A stretch of DNA of 59,988 nt, the filler included, from Sanchytrium tribonematis (lineage: Eukaryota): assembly GCA_018985235.1 (NCBI GenBank). It is 6 parts of 6 records of this genome, joined end to end, with 100 filler letters (N's around TTAATTAATTAA, not from the genome) between each part and the next. Parts side by side here need not be neighbours in the genome. Positions count along the whole stretch, not along the records: positions 1 to 29,507 come from JADGIG010000054.1; positions 29,608 to 35,643 come from JADGIG010000559.1; 4 more parts are not named here. The stretch is one strand, 5' to 3'. The notes below the pieces were generated by a model that saw nothing but the letters and a program-made list of their open reading frames with translations, searched no databases and was not told where the DNA came from. A program made the translations under genes and the position numbers. Numbering within the stretch: the first letter of the stretch is position 1; each line of letters starts with the position of its first letter. Positions 22,633 through 33,391 of this stretch are shown here, piece after piece.

Positions 22633-23685
22633 ATGAAATTTAAATTAATATCTTGGAATATTTTAGCACAAACAAGCATTAAAACAGAACAATTTCCACA
22701 TATGAATCGCGGAACTTTGAAAAGAAAGCATCGGCAACCACTAATCATAAATGAAATCGTAAGAGAAAAAGCAGATATTGTAGTTTTGCAAGAATTAGAT
22801 GATCCATCTTTTATGGTTGAAAAATGTGGTTACAGCGGGTATTTTGAGAAAAAGACGCAAAGCCTAAACGGTTGTGGCATTTTTTGGAATGACAAATTCA
22901 AGATAAAGAAGAGTTTTATCCATCCCTCAATACCCTTCGAAAATATTTGGGAGCACGATAATGCTTTTCTGATGGGAGTTATACTTGAGTGTGATAAAAA
23001 TGAAATTATGGTTTGCACGACACATTTGTATTGGCATCCAATGGGTGATTTTGCCAGGCTAAGAGGTATGGTAAGCTGTTTACAATATTTATCCAAATTC
23101 AAAAAAATGCCCATTATATTCGCGGGAGATTTTAATTCCACGCCGGACACCGCAGTCTACAGACTTGCGACACATTGCGAGTCTGATTTAAAGCTTACTC
23201 GTTTACAAATTAGCGAGCTGGTGCAATCGTATGACGAAGGAGTCAAGAGAAGTCTGAAGCGAAATCCAAGTTCGAAATTTACAGAATTAGGAGATAAACC
23301 TTGGAAATCTTTCTGGATATATATAAACGATCTAATTTCTACCCAAGAAATCTTAACGCTGAAAAGTTCCTATTCACAGTATGGTCAACATATGAATTTG
23401 ATCGACTCAAAAAATCGAATTGGTAAGCCAATACATAAAATACATACCGAAAATACTGTTTTTAATATCAAAAATCAGGCCAATGAAAATCAGCATCATT
23501 ATTTTGAACCTTATTACACCAATTATTGCATCAACTTTAAGGCTTGTATAGACTACATATTTTATCATAATTTAAATGTCACTAATATTCTTGACTTGAG
23601 CTCGGAGATCGACGTCATCAATGGTCTTCCTTCTGCTGATTTTCCAAGTGATCATTTAATTTTAGGTTTAGAATTCACACTATGA
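22633..23685 (+). CDS. EEP-family nuclease/phosphatase (Ngl/Angel/Ccr4-like)
   Basis: SWNILAQ, LQELD, TTHLYWHP, AGDFNS, IDYIF, PSDH. Confidence 0.9.
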   Translation: MKFKLISWNILAQTSIKTEQFPHMNRGTLKRKHRQPLIINEIVREKADIVVLQELDDPSFMVEKCGYSGYFEKKTQSLNGCGIFWNDKFKIKKSFIHPSIPFENIWEHDNAFLMGVILECDKNEIMVCTTHLYWHPMGDFARLRGMVSCLQYLSKFKKMPIIFAGDFNSTPDTAVYRLATHCESDLKLTRLQISELVQSYDEGVKRSLKRNPSSKFTELGDKPWKSFWIYINDLISTQEILTLKSSYSQYGQHMNLIDSKNRIGKPIHKIHTENTVFNIKNQANENQHHYFEPYYTNYCINFKACIDYIFYHNLNVTNILDLSSEIDVINGLPSADFPSDHLILGLEFTL

Positions 23686-23792
23686 CAAATCAACTTCGCT
23701 CGCCTTTGTCGCCAATAAAGTAGTATTTCACTTTGTCTGCAGTCAAATTCTCCTTTATGTAATTTTTAAAAAGATACAATCCCCTTGTTTTT

Positions 23793-26145
23793 ATGGGTCG
23801 TAAGCCGAAGAAAGTAATTCAAAAAGTACAGAGCGAAAGCAGTGGCTCTGGCGAAGAAGTACCAGTTAATAATTTTAAAGCATTAAATACAAACGATAAA
23901 TCATCAACCTCTAGCGAATCTGACGCAAGGCAAAATACATTTGCTGCTTTGAATGCGTCAAATGATAGCGAATCAGAAAGTGAGTCAGAGAGTTCTTCTG
24001 AAAGTAGCTCTTCAGAAGAAATTTCTTCCGATGAAAGTATCGATAAGCCTAAAAATTTATTTAGTGCATTAAAAGACAGTGAAGAAAGCTCAGAATCAAC
24101 GGAATCATCAGATGATTCCAGCTCAAATGACGAATCAACTTCAGAATCCAGCACAGAGAGCTCTTCATCCTCTTCCTCTGATTCTAGTAGTTCCTCTGGA
24201 TTTTTCTCGGATTCAAGCGAGGAGCTGGATGTTAGTAGATGGGTTGTGATGGAAGAATCATCTGAAGATGAGGGAACCATATCGAAGGAGAAAAAAGATA
24301 CTGCTCATATCATACGGGATAAATGGCTTAGAAAGAAGGATGAAGTGCGAACTGATGAAATGGAAGACGATAGCGGGGAGGAATTTTCGGGAAGGTTAAG
24401 ATGGATGAAAAAAGACTATCGAGAGAAATTTTTAAGAGAACATGGTTTAGGCGATTTAATCAAGTCGAAAGGTGGAAGTAAGAAAAAAAGAGAACGCAAA
24501 GAAGCGGGACAAAAGAAAAAAGAAGTTAAATTCAATGAAACAATCGAAGAAAAAAAGCTCAGCGCTGTTTCTAATGAAAATGTTCTGGAAAAGCTCTCTG
24601 AACTTTTGCTAAATAGAAATCGTGTTACTAATAGCGAATACTTGAATTCACTTGAGGAAATGCTCAAATTTGCAAATAGGCCTCACGAAAAACTAAAATT
24701 ACTTTTAAATATTGTAAATGCCAAATTTGACCATGCTGGTGCATTACCAGTCACGGATATGGAAGAAAATATGGCCAATTCATCGTTCCAGTTTTGGAAA
24801 GAAGCAAGGATTCATATCAATTGTATTTTTGATATTTTAGAAGACAATCGAGATATAATAATCCATGAAATGTATGAGCCATTACCAGAAGAGGATTCTT
24901 TATTGGATGAAAACGTTTCTTACGAAAATGAAAAGCGCCTAAAAGGTAGCATCATCGGAATCGTTGAACGAATTGACGAAGAATTTACAAAATTGCTTCA
25001 AGGTATCGATCAGTCAGACATTTCTAGCTACCAAATGATTTATGGCGACGAATTCTACATCATTGAGCTATTGCTCCGAGCCGTAACTGTCTTCAACCGC
25101 CAGCAAGATCTACTTAAGAGCAAAGATAAGACTGGTTATTGTAGACTCTCCATAAGACTGATAGAAAAGCTATACTATAGACCTGCTAAAATTAATCAGG
25201 AAATATTTAAAGTCCTAATTTCATCGCACAAGTCTAAATGGACTTTTGAAGAAGACCCTTTCAAACTGATAGTCAAAGAATGCAAATTTTTGGTGGAACA
25301 AGATGATAAGAAGATTTCTGCAAGGGCCTGTCTTTGTTTGTTTTATCATTTGGCTGTCAATGATGATTTTGAGAATTCTTACAAATATTTAACGCATTTT
25401 TACTATTCTGAATATTTGACTGACATTAACATATTCGTTTTGTACAACAGGACTTTATGCCAAGTCGCTCTTTGTGCTTTTAGACATGGAAAATACGAGA
25501 TCGTAACCGAATTACTTGAAGGATTTGTTCAAAGCGCAAAAATTAAGGAATTGCTTGGTCAAACTTCAAATTCATTTTCCGAATCGCATGTCGAAAGTGA
25601 TGAATTTGAATCTACAGAAAAAAGAAAAGCGTTGCCATGGCATTTACATATTCCGGATGACGTAATCGAATCTGTGTATTTGTTAAGCCATATGATTTTA
25701 GACATTCCATTGCTCGCGATGACTCACTTTGAGACTCCTGCTACCTATTTCACTGATCTTTACAATGAATTTATTAAAAATTTAGTCAATTCTCCACCAG
25801 AAACTAATAAGGATTATGTCTTTTTAGTCACGCAAAAACTTTTACAAGGCAATTGGAAAGATGCATTTGAGATTGCAAAAACACTGCCAATTTGGGGCTT
25901 CACAGAAGATAAATCTCAAATGGAATTGATCAGGTATATCTATTTCATTTAGCGCATTTAAAGAGTCGGCTTTATTAGGATTTCTACAGTATGGCCAAAA
26001 AACCTTTACTAAAATTCCACTGTCATATTTGGAATCGAAATTCCAATTAAACGGAGGTCTTGTTTATCAAATTGTAGAAAATCTCATTCTAGATCACCAA
26101 ATCATTTTCAAACTAGACATTGAAAGCAAGTTATTAGTTGAATGA
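23793..26145 (+). CDS. NIP1: eIF3 subunit c (2 exons: 23793-25933, 25953-26145)
   Basis: LYNRTLCQVALCAFRHG, KELLGQ, LPWHLHI, PPETNKD; second exon supplies the PCI end; S/E/D-rich N-terminus. Confidence 0.88.
25934..25952 (+). other. 19-nt spliceosomal intron
   Basis: GTATATCTATTTCATTTAG; opens a 64-codon exon (AFKESALLGFL...). Confidence 0.88.
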
Positions 26146-26241
26146 CATAGATAATCAACTTGGTAATAAATCATTACTATTCCCGATCCTTTGCTTAATT
26201 TGGCAGAGAAATTAACATACTGTAAATTACCGCGATTTTAT

Positions 26242-26385
26242 TCAACGACAGCATCCACCATAAATTATAACCCAAAAAATATTCCGCTTCTCATTCCTAG
26301 CTCTTTGTTCTTGCACCTGACGAACGAATTCAGGGTCTGGTGGGTTATCAGAGGGTCGTACAGTTTTTTCACCGGGATAAGACAT
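26242..26385 (-). CDS. 47-aa microprotein with hydrophobic, Cys-containing C-terminus (CYSTM-like)
   Basis: MSYPGEKTVRPSDNPPDPEFVRQVQEQRARNEKRNIFWVIIYGGCCR; upstream GAGGGG motif; TGAATAAA at stop. Confidence 0.55.
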   Translation of the reverse strand: MSYPGEKTVRPSDNPPDPEFVRQVQEQRARNEKRNIFWVIIYGGCCR

Positions 26386-26876
26386 CCGATTGCAAAGATT
26401 GCCCCTCTATAAATTGCCGCTTTTAGCCAATCAATGCCCAAATGTCATCATTTGTGTTTTCAGCTGATTCGCATGTGACTCATTTGAGCAGTTAAAATTG
26501 TCCCTTTGGTATCTAACAAACCCACACATGTTCCATAGCGATATAAAATTAGACACTCAAACTGATAATGAAAGCAAGTACAGCGCAGGTCGCCGTCAGC
26601 TTAGAATCGTGTCAATTGCAAACGAACAGATTCCTAGATTGCATTGGTCCTCCTTTTAATGTATAATTGTATTTTGAATAAATCGAATTTTGTAATTGCT
26701 AGGCATAATTGAATCTGATTTGGGAAATCAAAATTCTGATTGGATATGTGTTCTAACATATTTGCAAACGTCTATCGCATAAAAGTCATTAACTATCACC
26801 AATGAAAATCCTTCAATCTTGGTTCTCAAATGATAAAATGCAAAATGGTTCTTAAAAGGGGAGTCAGGGTAAAACT

Positions 26877-28074
26877 ATGACAGATAACGATGTTCAATTT
26901 GATAGCAACTGGAGTGAAGTAGTCACTAAATTCGATGATATGGAACTGAAAGATGACCTTTTAAGAGGCATTTTTGGATATGGTTTTGAAAGACCATCTG
27001 CAATTCAACAGCGTGCCATTATGCCTGTCATTAGGGGACATGATGTAATTGCTCAAGCACAATCAGGTACTGGTAAAACAGGAACATTTACAATCTCTAT
27101 TCTTCAAAGAATAAACGAGAATGTCAATACTACGCAAGCATTAGTTTTGGCACCTACTCGTGAGTTAGCAACACAAATTGCTGCTGTTATGAAAGAATTG
27201 GGGCAACACACAAAATGTACGATGCATGTTTGTATTGGAGGTAGAAATTCGCGTGACGATATTGACATTCTTTCTAAAGGGTGCCATATTGTTGTTGGAA
27301 CACCTGGACGTGTTTATGATATGATTAGTAAAGGTGTACTAAGCACTGAACATCTACAATTATTTGTATTGGATGAAGCTGATGAAATGTTGTCAAGAGG
27401 ATTTAAAGATCAAATCTACAATATTTTCCAGACTCTTCCAGGTACTGTTCAAGTTGTATTATTAAGTGCAACCCTTCCGGATGAAGCAAAAGAAATGACC
27501 TCTAAATTTATGAGGGATCCTGTTAATATATTTGTTAAACGGGAAGAATTGACATTGGAAGGTATTAAGCAATATTATGTCGATTTAGGTCAAGAGGAAT
27601 TTAAATTGGAGACTCTTACCGATTTGTATAACAGCATTAGTGTTACGCAGTGTGTTATATTCTGTAATACTCGTAATAAGGTTAATTGGCTAGCTGAACA
27701 GCTTAAACAGCGCGATTTTGTAGTTTCTTTCATGCATGGAGACATGACTCAAGAAGAGAGAACTGTCATTATGCAAGAATTTAGAACTGGTTCTTCTAGA
27801 GTTCTCATCACCACTGACCTTTTAGCTCGTGGTATTGATGTTCAGCAAATCAGTTTGGTCATTAATTATGACATCCCACAATCCTTGGAAAATTATTTGC
27901 ATCGGTAAATTTCATTTATTTAGAATTGGTAGATCAGGACGTTTTGGAAGAAAAGGAACTGCAATCAACTTTATCACCACTGAAGAAAGCCCACAATTAG
28001 AGGCTATCGAGAAGCACTACAACACCAAGATTGAAGAAATGCCAATGGATATTGCTTCTCTTTTAAGCCAATAA
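26877..28074 (+). CDS. TIF1: eIF4A DEAD-box helicase (2 exons: 26877-27904, 27924-28074)
   Basis: [18 protein letters not shown]; splicing restores [13 protein letters not shown]. Confidence 0.97.
27905..27923 (+). other. 19-nt spliceosomal intron
   Basis: GTAAATTTCATTTATTTAG; interrupts helicase motif VI. Confidence 0.97.
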
Positions 28075-28092
28075 AAGCAGTGTATAACTGAA

Positions 28093-28629
28093 CTAATTTA
28101 CTATTGACAAGAGAAAGATAAAAGTCATACTTATGACGCTTGAACCACCACTTAATAATGGATTATCACCCGTCACTGCGGCTGGGGGAACGTAGATTAT
28201 AAATGGCTGTGAAACTGATATGACAAGCTTTCCATTTCCTGGTTGTACACATTTCCCAGGTAAACATGTGCTATCATACAATCTTAAAATGTAACCGTTC
28301 ATGTCTCCTTTATATTTCTTTGGATCCACAAACCAAGTAAAAGTTGTGGCACTTCCATTAATATTAGCAATGGAGAGTGGTTCTGTTTGAAGTAAAGATG
28401 GATCTAGCAAATCTAATATTAAATTACTGGATCCTTTTGACGTAAATTGGTTATCATATGTCCAAGTAATGGTGTAATTATATCCTAAGGGAACCGAAGC
28501 GGGGATTTTAATTTCACCTGTATCTCCCACATAAGTTGGTGCTGGTTTCGTAAAAACAGCTTTACCATTTGTAGTAGCAACCACCTGAGCTTGAATTACT
28601 GATAAAATTAAGATTAGAAATTGTTTCAT
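28093..28629 (-). CDS. Secreted, probably GPI-anchored surface protein (Kre9/Knh1-like Ig fold)
   Basis: Signal peptide, YTITW...FTW...YILRL...SQPFII, hydrophobic tail. Confidence 0.65.
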   Translation of the reverse strand: MKQFLILILSVIQAQVVATTNGKAVFTKPAPTYVGDTGEIKIPASVPLGYNYTITWTYDNQFTSKGSSNLILDLLDPSLLQTEPLSIANINGSATTFTWFVDPKKYKGDMNGYILRLYDSTCLPGKCVQPGNGKLVISVSQPFIIYVPPAAVTGDNPLLSGGSSVISMTFIFLLSIVN

Positions 28630-28691
28630 GTTTCAATATAGAATTCTCAATCATAATTAACAAATCAAAACACTCAAACCAATTATGAGAT

Positions 28692-29507
28692 TTATTTTGT
28701 GAAATCTTGGTTAAAATTCAGCTTCTGATATACTTCAAGTTTAGCTTTGTATTCCTTCAAGGTATCTACATTTAGATTCAAAAAGTATGTGAATTTTGGT
28801 AATTGGGCACTGCTTCTAAATGTATCTTTACTGTTGGAACTATCTGCTAGTTTAATATATCCCATCCAATTTAAAATGAGCTTGAAATTGAAGTCCGAGA
28901 CAACGTTACTTTTTTTCCTAAATTTTTTAACTGATTTAATATATTTACCGGCAGCAATATCTGCTCTTCTATTTAATCCTTCAGAAAGAAACTGCAGCAC
29001 AGACTCAAAGTTATAGTGAACACTAATGAACTCAATAGGATCCTTCATTTCGGTGAAAATATATCGATTTTCGCATGCCAGATATATCAATTCAATCATA
29101 TTAGATTTTTTTTCGCTATTCAATTCGTAAACTATTTTAAAATTTATACTTTCAAATATTTTAAGGTAGATTGCTTTAAGTGATGATTCTGCTTTAAGTG
29201 ATGATTCTAAGTCAAAATCATATGATATGGCCTTCAAAAAACTAGCCAGTCCTTCTTGAAATGATCCTTGAAATTTTTCTTCGATTGATTTTGGTTCCAA
29301 TCGATTAAAAATCATCCGCAAAAATTCACCAGAGAACTGCAAAGTCGCAACTTGAATCAAAAAATTGACTGAATCTACGTCTTCTTTATATTGTGACAAA
29401 AATTCTTCCTGCAGATTTACTGCAACTTGATTTTGAACCTTGATGCTGTAATATGAAATATCATTGTATGATTTAGGAACCTTTACGTAGTCAAGAGTCC
29501 TTTTTGT
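28692..29507 (-). CDS. Hypothetical protein, 5'-truncated at contig end
   Basis: Frame is open up to the gap; includes an 18-nt tandem duplication (ESSLKA x2). Confidence 0.55.
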   Translation of the reverse strand, partial: TKRTLDYVKVPKSYNDISYYSIKVQNQVAVNLQEEFLSQYKEDVDSVNFLIQVATLQFSGEFLRMIFNRLEPKSIEEKFQGSFQEGLASFLKAISYDFDLESSLKAESSLKAIYLKIFESINFKIVYELNSEKKSNMIELIYLACENRYIFTEMKDPIEFISVHYNFESVLQFLSEGLNRRADIAAGKYIKSVKKFRKKSNVVSDFNFKLILNWMGYIKLADSSNSKDTFRSSAQLPKFTYFLNLNVDTLKEYKAKLEVYQKLNFNQDFTK

Positions 29508-29607
29508 NNNNNNNNNNNNNNNNNNNNNNNNNNNNNNNNNNNNNNNNNNNNTTAATTAATTAANNNNNNNNNNNNNNNNNNNNNNNNNNNNNNNNNNNNN
29601 NNNNNNN
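29508..29607. other. Artificial contig linker
   Basis: N44-TTAATTAATTAA-N44; stops in all six frames. Confidence 0.98.
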
Positions 29608-29722
29608 CACGTGTCTTTCCAGTCACTCTAGACTCTTCTCTTTTGATCAAATGCATTCCAAATACTGCCACAATCCATAACATGTCATTCAATTCCATTG
29701 TGTCTTTATGTACCTGTGACAT
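29608..29722 (-). CDS. 5' end of a gene truncated by the contig end
   Basis: MSQVHKDTMELNDMLWIVAVFGMHLIKREE... open to the gap; upstream AAGGAG motif. Confidence 0.4.
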
Positions 29723-29763
29723 CCAATCAAATCAATCTCCTTGTTTTACCCTAAATTACAAAA

Positions 29764-31566
29764 TCAAATTTTATTAATCATCCCAATCACTCTCCCATCT
29801 CGTCTCTCCAACCAATGACTAGGCATCTCAATCAATCCATCTTCAAATCCCTTTAATCTCTTCAAATCCCCAATAATCAAATCTCCAAAATAGGCATGAT
29901 ACACCCCCTCTTCTCTCTTCAAATGTCCCAATGTCACACAAATAATACAATTAATCTCCATTGTATGCACTTTATCCAATACAAATGAATAAATATAATC
30001 ACAATACACCATTTCACTTTGTTGTAAATAAATGGGATATTTCCATTGATGATCCACTAAAATGGGATGATATGGTGTAATCCATAATCCATTTATAGAG
30101 ACCATTGGTATTTTAGCATGAATATTTGTTTTTAAAACACATTGAATCATGGCACCATTTTGTAAATAATCTCCTTTTTGACAATCACGCACTAATTTAT
30201 AGCCATTTAAGCAATGTACTCGTCCATTTCCATCAAAACATGGATTACTACTATTATAATATTGACTCATGTCAATTGATGAATAATTCTGTGAATCATA
30301 ACTGGGTGGTGTAGAAGGCATGGGAGGTGGTAATTTCAAAAATACTTGTTCAATTTCATCTTGTAATGATTTAAATAACATATTCCCATAATGTTGTACC
30401 CCAGGATCCTTAAATTGATGACATTGTTGTAATAAATGCGCACATTTTAAACTCAATAAATAATGTTTACCCCATTTATCAAACCAATCCAATCGACTAA
30501 TGGATTCACTCACTTGTCCATTTAAATCAGTGCGTAAATCAATTAAATACGGATTAAAAGATGGAATTTGTTGGATGTCTTTGAGTAGAAATGGGGTGCG
30601 TGTATTGGTCATTTGAGTATATGCTGTATTTATAATGGAAATGGCATGGTATCTGTGTACATCATCAAATAATAAATTGGATTGGATGGGGGTGGTAGAA
30701 ATGGAATGGGATGCAAATTGGAGTGTGGTAGATTCTATTTTACCATGAATTAAAATGGATCTAATTTGTCCATTGTAAATATTGCCTAGATGGATGGAAT
30801 AGCCATTAATTGTTTTGATACTCAATGGTGATAAAATATCAGGGATTTTACCATTTGTAACTACATTTAATTGACAACCTTGTTGGTGGATGGTGAATGC
30901 ATTGGCACATGCATTAATGAATACACTGCCTACTAATGACGCATCTGGGATAAATGCAAATATGCCATTGCCTAGAAATGCCAAATCCATTAATAATTTA
31001 GAATCTAATTGATATCCAAATCCAAATGTATTAATAGATGTATGAATGGTATGGGTATTTAAATATTGTTGTAATGCGTGTAATTCACCTCTAGGTGGGT
31101 TGATATTGGGTAATCCATCTGTTAAAATGAATAAACTTTGTTTTAAATCATTTGACTTTGTATTTTGCATACATTCTAAACCAGTGACTAGACCATCCCA
31201 TAAATTGGTACTACCACCTAATGAGAGTGATTGGATGCCATTTAAAATGGTATTTAGATCATTGGATGGTTGAATGATGATTTTAGCTTGATCATCAAAT
31301 GCAATTAATGAAAATAAATCATTTGGTGAGAGTGCATGTGCAATAGTGCGTAATGCATGTTTAACAATATCTAGAATGGATAATCCATGGGATTCATTGC
31401 CAATATTGGTTTTAATAGCGCATTGCGTACCCATGGATCCACTGACATCTACTACACAGCATATATGGGTATTAGATTTGATGGTTGAATTGGGTGGGAT
31501 GATGGAAATACGGGTATATGGGGCATGGTATTCAGCAGAGAGTTGGATTTGATTTAGATCTTGCAT
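29764..31566 (-). CDS. VWA-Vwaint-Vint (Hedgehog/intein-like Hint) protein
   Basis: VWA MIDAS DVSGSM, LTDG; FKDPGVQHYG; Hint start NPCFDG, ITPYHPI, YSFVL, CVTLGH, HAYFG. Confidence 0.9.
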   Translation of the reverse strand: MQDLNQIQLSAEYHAPYTRISIIPPNSTIKSNTHICCVVDVSGSMGTQCAIKTNIGNESHGLSILDIVKHALRTIAHALSPNDLFSLIAFDDQAKIIIQPSNDLNTILNGIQSLSLGGSTNLWDGLVTGLECMQNTKSNDLKQSLFILTDGLPNINPPRGELHALQQYLNTHTIHTSINTFGFGYQLDSKLLMDLAFLGNGIFAFIPDASLVGSVFINACANAFTIHQQGCQLNVVTNGKIPDILSPLSIKTINGYSIHLGNIYNGQIRSILIHGKIESTTLQFASHSISTTPIQSNLLFDDVHRYHAISIINTAYTQMTNTRTPFLLKDIQQIPSFNPYLIDLRTDLNGQVSESISRLDWFDKWGKHYLLSLKCAHLLQQCHQFKDPGVQHYGNMLFKSLQDEIEQVFLKLPPPMPSTPPSYDSQNYSSIDMSQYYNSSNPCFDGNGRVHCLNGYKLVRDCQKGDYLQNGAMIQCVLKTNIHAKIPMVSINGLWITPYHPILVDHQWKYPIYLQQSEMVYCDYIYSFVLDKVHTMEINCIICVTLGHLKREEGVYHAYFGDLIIGDLKRLKGFEDGLIEMPSHWLERRDGRVIGMINKI

Positions 31567-31580
31567 TGTTTCAAAAATAT

Positions 31581-32246
31581 TTATTGGTTTTTTGATTTAA
31601 TGGCTTCCATCCATTTTAAATTGATTAAGTATAGATTGAATCTACTTTGGTGCGGAATAAACATGATATTTCTATCACAAAATTCCTGTACCGCTCTCAA
31701 TTCTTTCAAAGGGACCTCTTTTGACAAAAACCAATTCGTCATGAATAGAATCGCGACTTTAATATCAGGCCACGAATGTATATTTTTAGCATTAGTCAAC
31801 GTATTTTTATAGGCTGTCATTAAAAATCTATATTGAACTTGTTCTTTGATCCTATCAACTTGCTGTTTTGATGGCTCTAGCGCAGCATAAATTATATTTT
31901 CTTTTCGTAATTGTTTAAATACATTATTCCATCTTTGCAACACATTCAAATATAACGGACTAAAATTCAATTTTTTCGCCACTCGATATTCTATCAATGT
32001 ATTAAATCCATTTAATTCATTTTCTTGCATATAATACATTTGTCGATCGTACAATATCAATAATTGATTAAATGCGCACATGGAGTTGTATTTGGCATCT
32101 TCGATGGTTGATGTAATATATCCATCTGCTATCAAATCCTTAATGCGATTCGGGTATTCACTATGTAAACCCATAATCGATTCTGTCACTTCAATCTGTT
32201 TACGAGTTGACGTTATCAATCCCAAAATGAAAGTGACCCACAACAT
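31581..32246 (-). CDS. Hypothetical protein, possible signal peptide
   Basis: MLWVTFILGLI start; AACAGGAG motif upstream. Confidence 0.55.
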   Translation of the reverse strand: MLWVTFILGLITSTRKQIEVTESIMGLHSEYPNRIKDLIADGYITSTIEDAKYNSMCAFNQLLILYDRQMYYMQENELNGFNTLIEYRVAKKLNFSPLYLNVLQRWNNVFKQLRKENIIYAALEPSKQQVDRIKEQVQYRFLMTAYKNTLTNAKNIHSWPDIKVAILFMTNWFLSKEVPLKELRAVQEFCDRNIMFIPHQSRFNLYLINLKWMEAIKSKNQ

Positions 32247-32309
32247 CTCTCCTGTTTGATGCTATTATTTTTATCTAAAATTATCCCCCGATCAAACAGT
32301 GTCATTTAT

Positions 32310-32681
32310 CTATTTTTCTTGGTCTATCTTTAAATCATTAAATTCTGTCTGTTTCAAATTTTCTCTTTTATAATAATTTAGTCGTATTGCAAAATCCATC
32401 AATTCTTGCTGACTCATAGATGTCATATGATTGTGGTATAAATCAGACAGAATATCAAATGCATTTCTGAATTTATCAAGAGATTTATGATTGCTGCTTA
32501 ATTTATCATGTAATGCCACTAATTCTTGACCTGCTTCTGCTTGTTTTAATTCCATTTTAAGACTGTGTGAAATATAAGCCCGATTTTTGTGAATAAATTT
32601 ATCAATAATTTGAACTTGACTACGAAATTCATCTATTAATTCATATGGCTCAAATAAATTGGCAACTAAAGAATTTATCAT
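32310..32681 (-). CDS. Hypothetical helical protein
   Basis: ORF with first ATG at 32681. Confidence 0.45.
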   Translation of the reverse strand: MINSLVANLFEPYELIDEFRSQVQIIDKFIHKNRAYISHSLKMELKQAEAGQELVALHDKLSSNHKSLDKFRNAFDILSDLYHNHMTSMSQQELMDFAIRLNYYKRENLKQTEFNDLKIDQEK

Positions 32682-32914
32682 TGATTGGATGCCACTCCAT
32701 GAAAGCGACTTTAAAAATCCAGTAAACAATTTGCTTTCACTTTATTGGTAAATTTAGATTACCAAACTACCAGATTACCAATCAATGGACAAGATCATGT
32801 CCAATCATCTTTCCAGTAAGATATTTACCACTTTGTAAATACTTTGAATGACTTTATGTCGCAACTAGTAAACAAAATTTCATTTATCATCCAAAAAATC
32901 TTTTTATGTAAACG

Positions 32915-33388
32915 ATGTACATTTCCATCGACCCAGGTATTAAAAATCTAGCCATTGTTATCGCGGACATTGATTTGAGTACAAACTCAATTGCAATCTA
33001 TTATCATGAGACCATTTCAATCAAGTCAAAAGATTTATTTGCAATTTATGATGAGGCAATTGAAAGCATTCGATTTTTATTTACACTTTATGACATAAAA
33101 TGCGGTATTCTGGAAAATCAACCTAGGGGAACAAAGAGATCAATTTACAATCACAATTTGCTTAACACAAATATCCAAGCTGTGTTATACACTTTTATGG
33201 GTAGCCAAGGGATCAAAGTGCATGTCATGAATCCCAAAACTTGGCATAAACTACTCTCTTGTAAACGCAAGACAATGACTAACTACAGAAGAATTGCGAC
33301 ACCCATGACTATTCAACAAAGACAAATTATCAAAGATGTTCACCAATATGATTGCATTTGGATGATTATTGCACTATTTTCGCAATAA
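32915..33388 (+). CDS. RuvC-fold Holliday-junction resolvase (poxvirus A22/Ydc2-like)
   Basis: ISIDPGIKNLA (D6), ILENQP (E), VHVMNPKTW, KDVHQYD; 157 aa with no targeting extension. Confidence 0.8.
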   Translation: MYISIDPGIKNLAIVIADIDLSTNSIAIYYHETISIKSKDLFAIYDEAIESIRFLFTLYDIKCGILENQPRGTKRSIYNHNLLNTNIQAVLYTFMGSQGIKVHVMNPKTWHKLLSCKRKTMTNYRRIATPMTIQQRQIIKDVHQYDCIWMIIALFSQ

Positions 33389-33391
33389 ACT

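Noticed and set aside
23819..24280. Antisense Ser/Glu/Leu-rich ORF, and other short shadow ORFs in the track (e.g. 831-1139, 9486-9968, 26191-26412, 40317-40772)
   Set aside because: They overlap better-supported genes and reflect low-complexity or antisense open frames
29552..29563. TTAATTAATTAA as a biological repeat
   Set aside because: Always centred in 44+44 Ns; a synthetic six-frame stop linker
32915..33388. Fanzor/TnpB RNA-guided nuclease
   Set aside because: Only 157 aa, a contiguous RuvC fold starting at residue 2, with no zinc finger or REC/WED region, and no downstream room for a separate guide RNA
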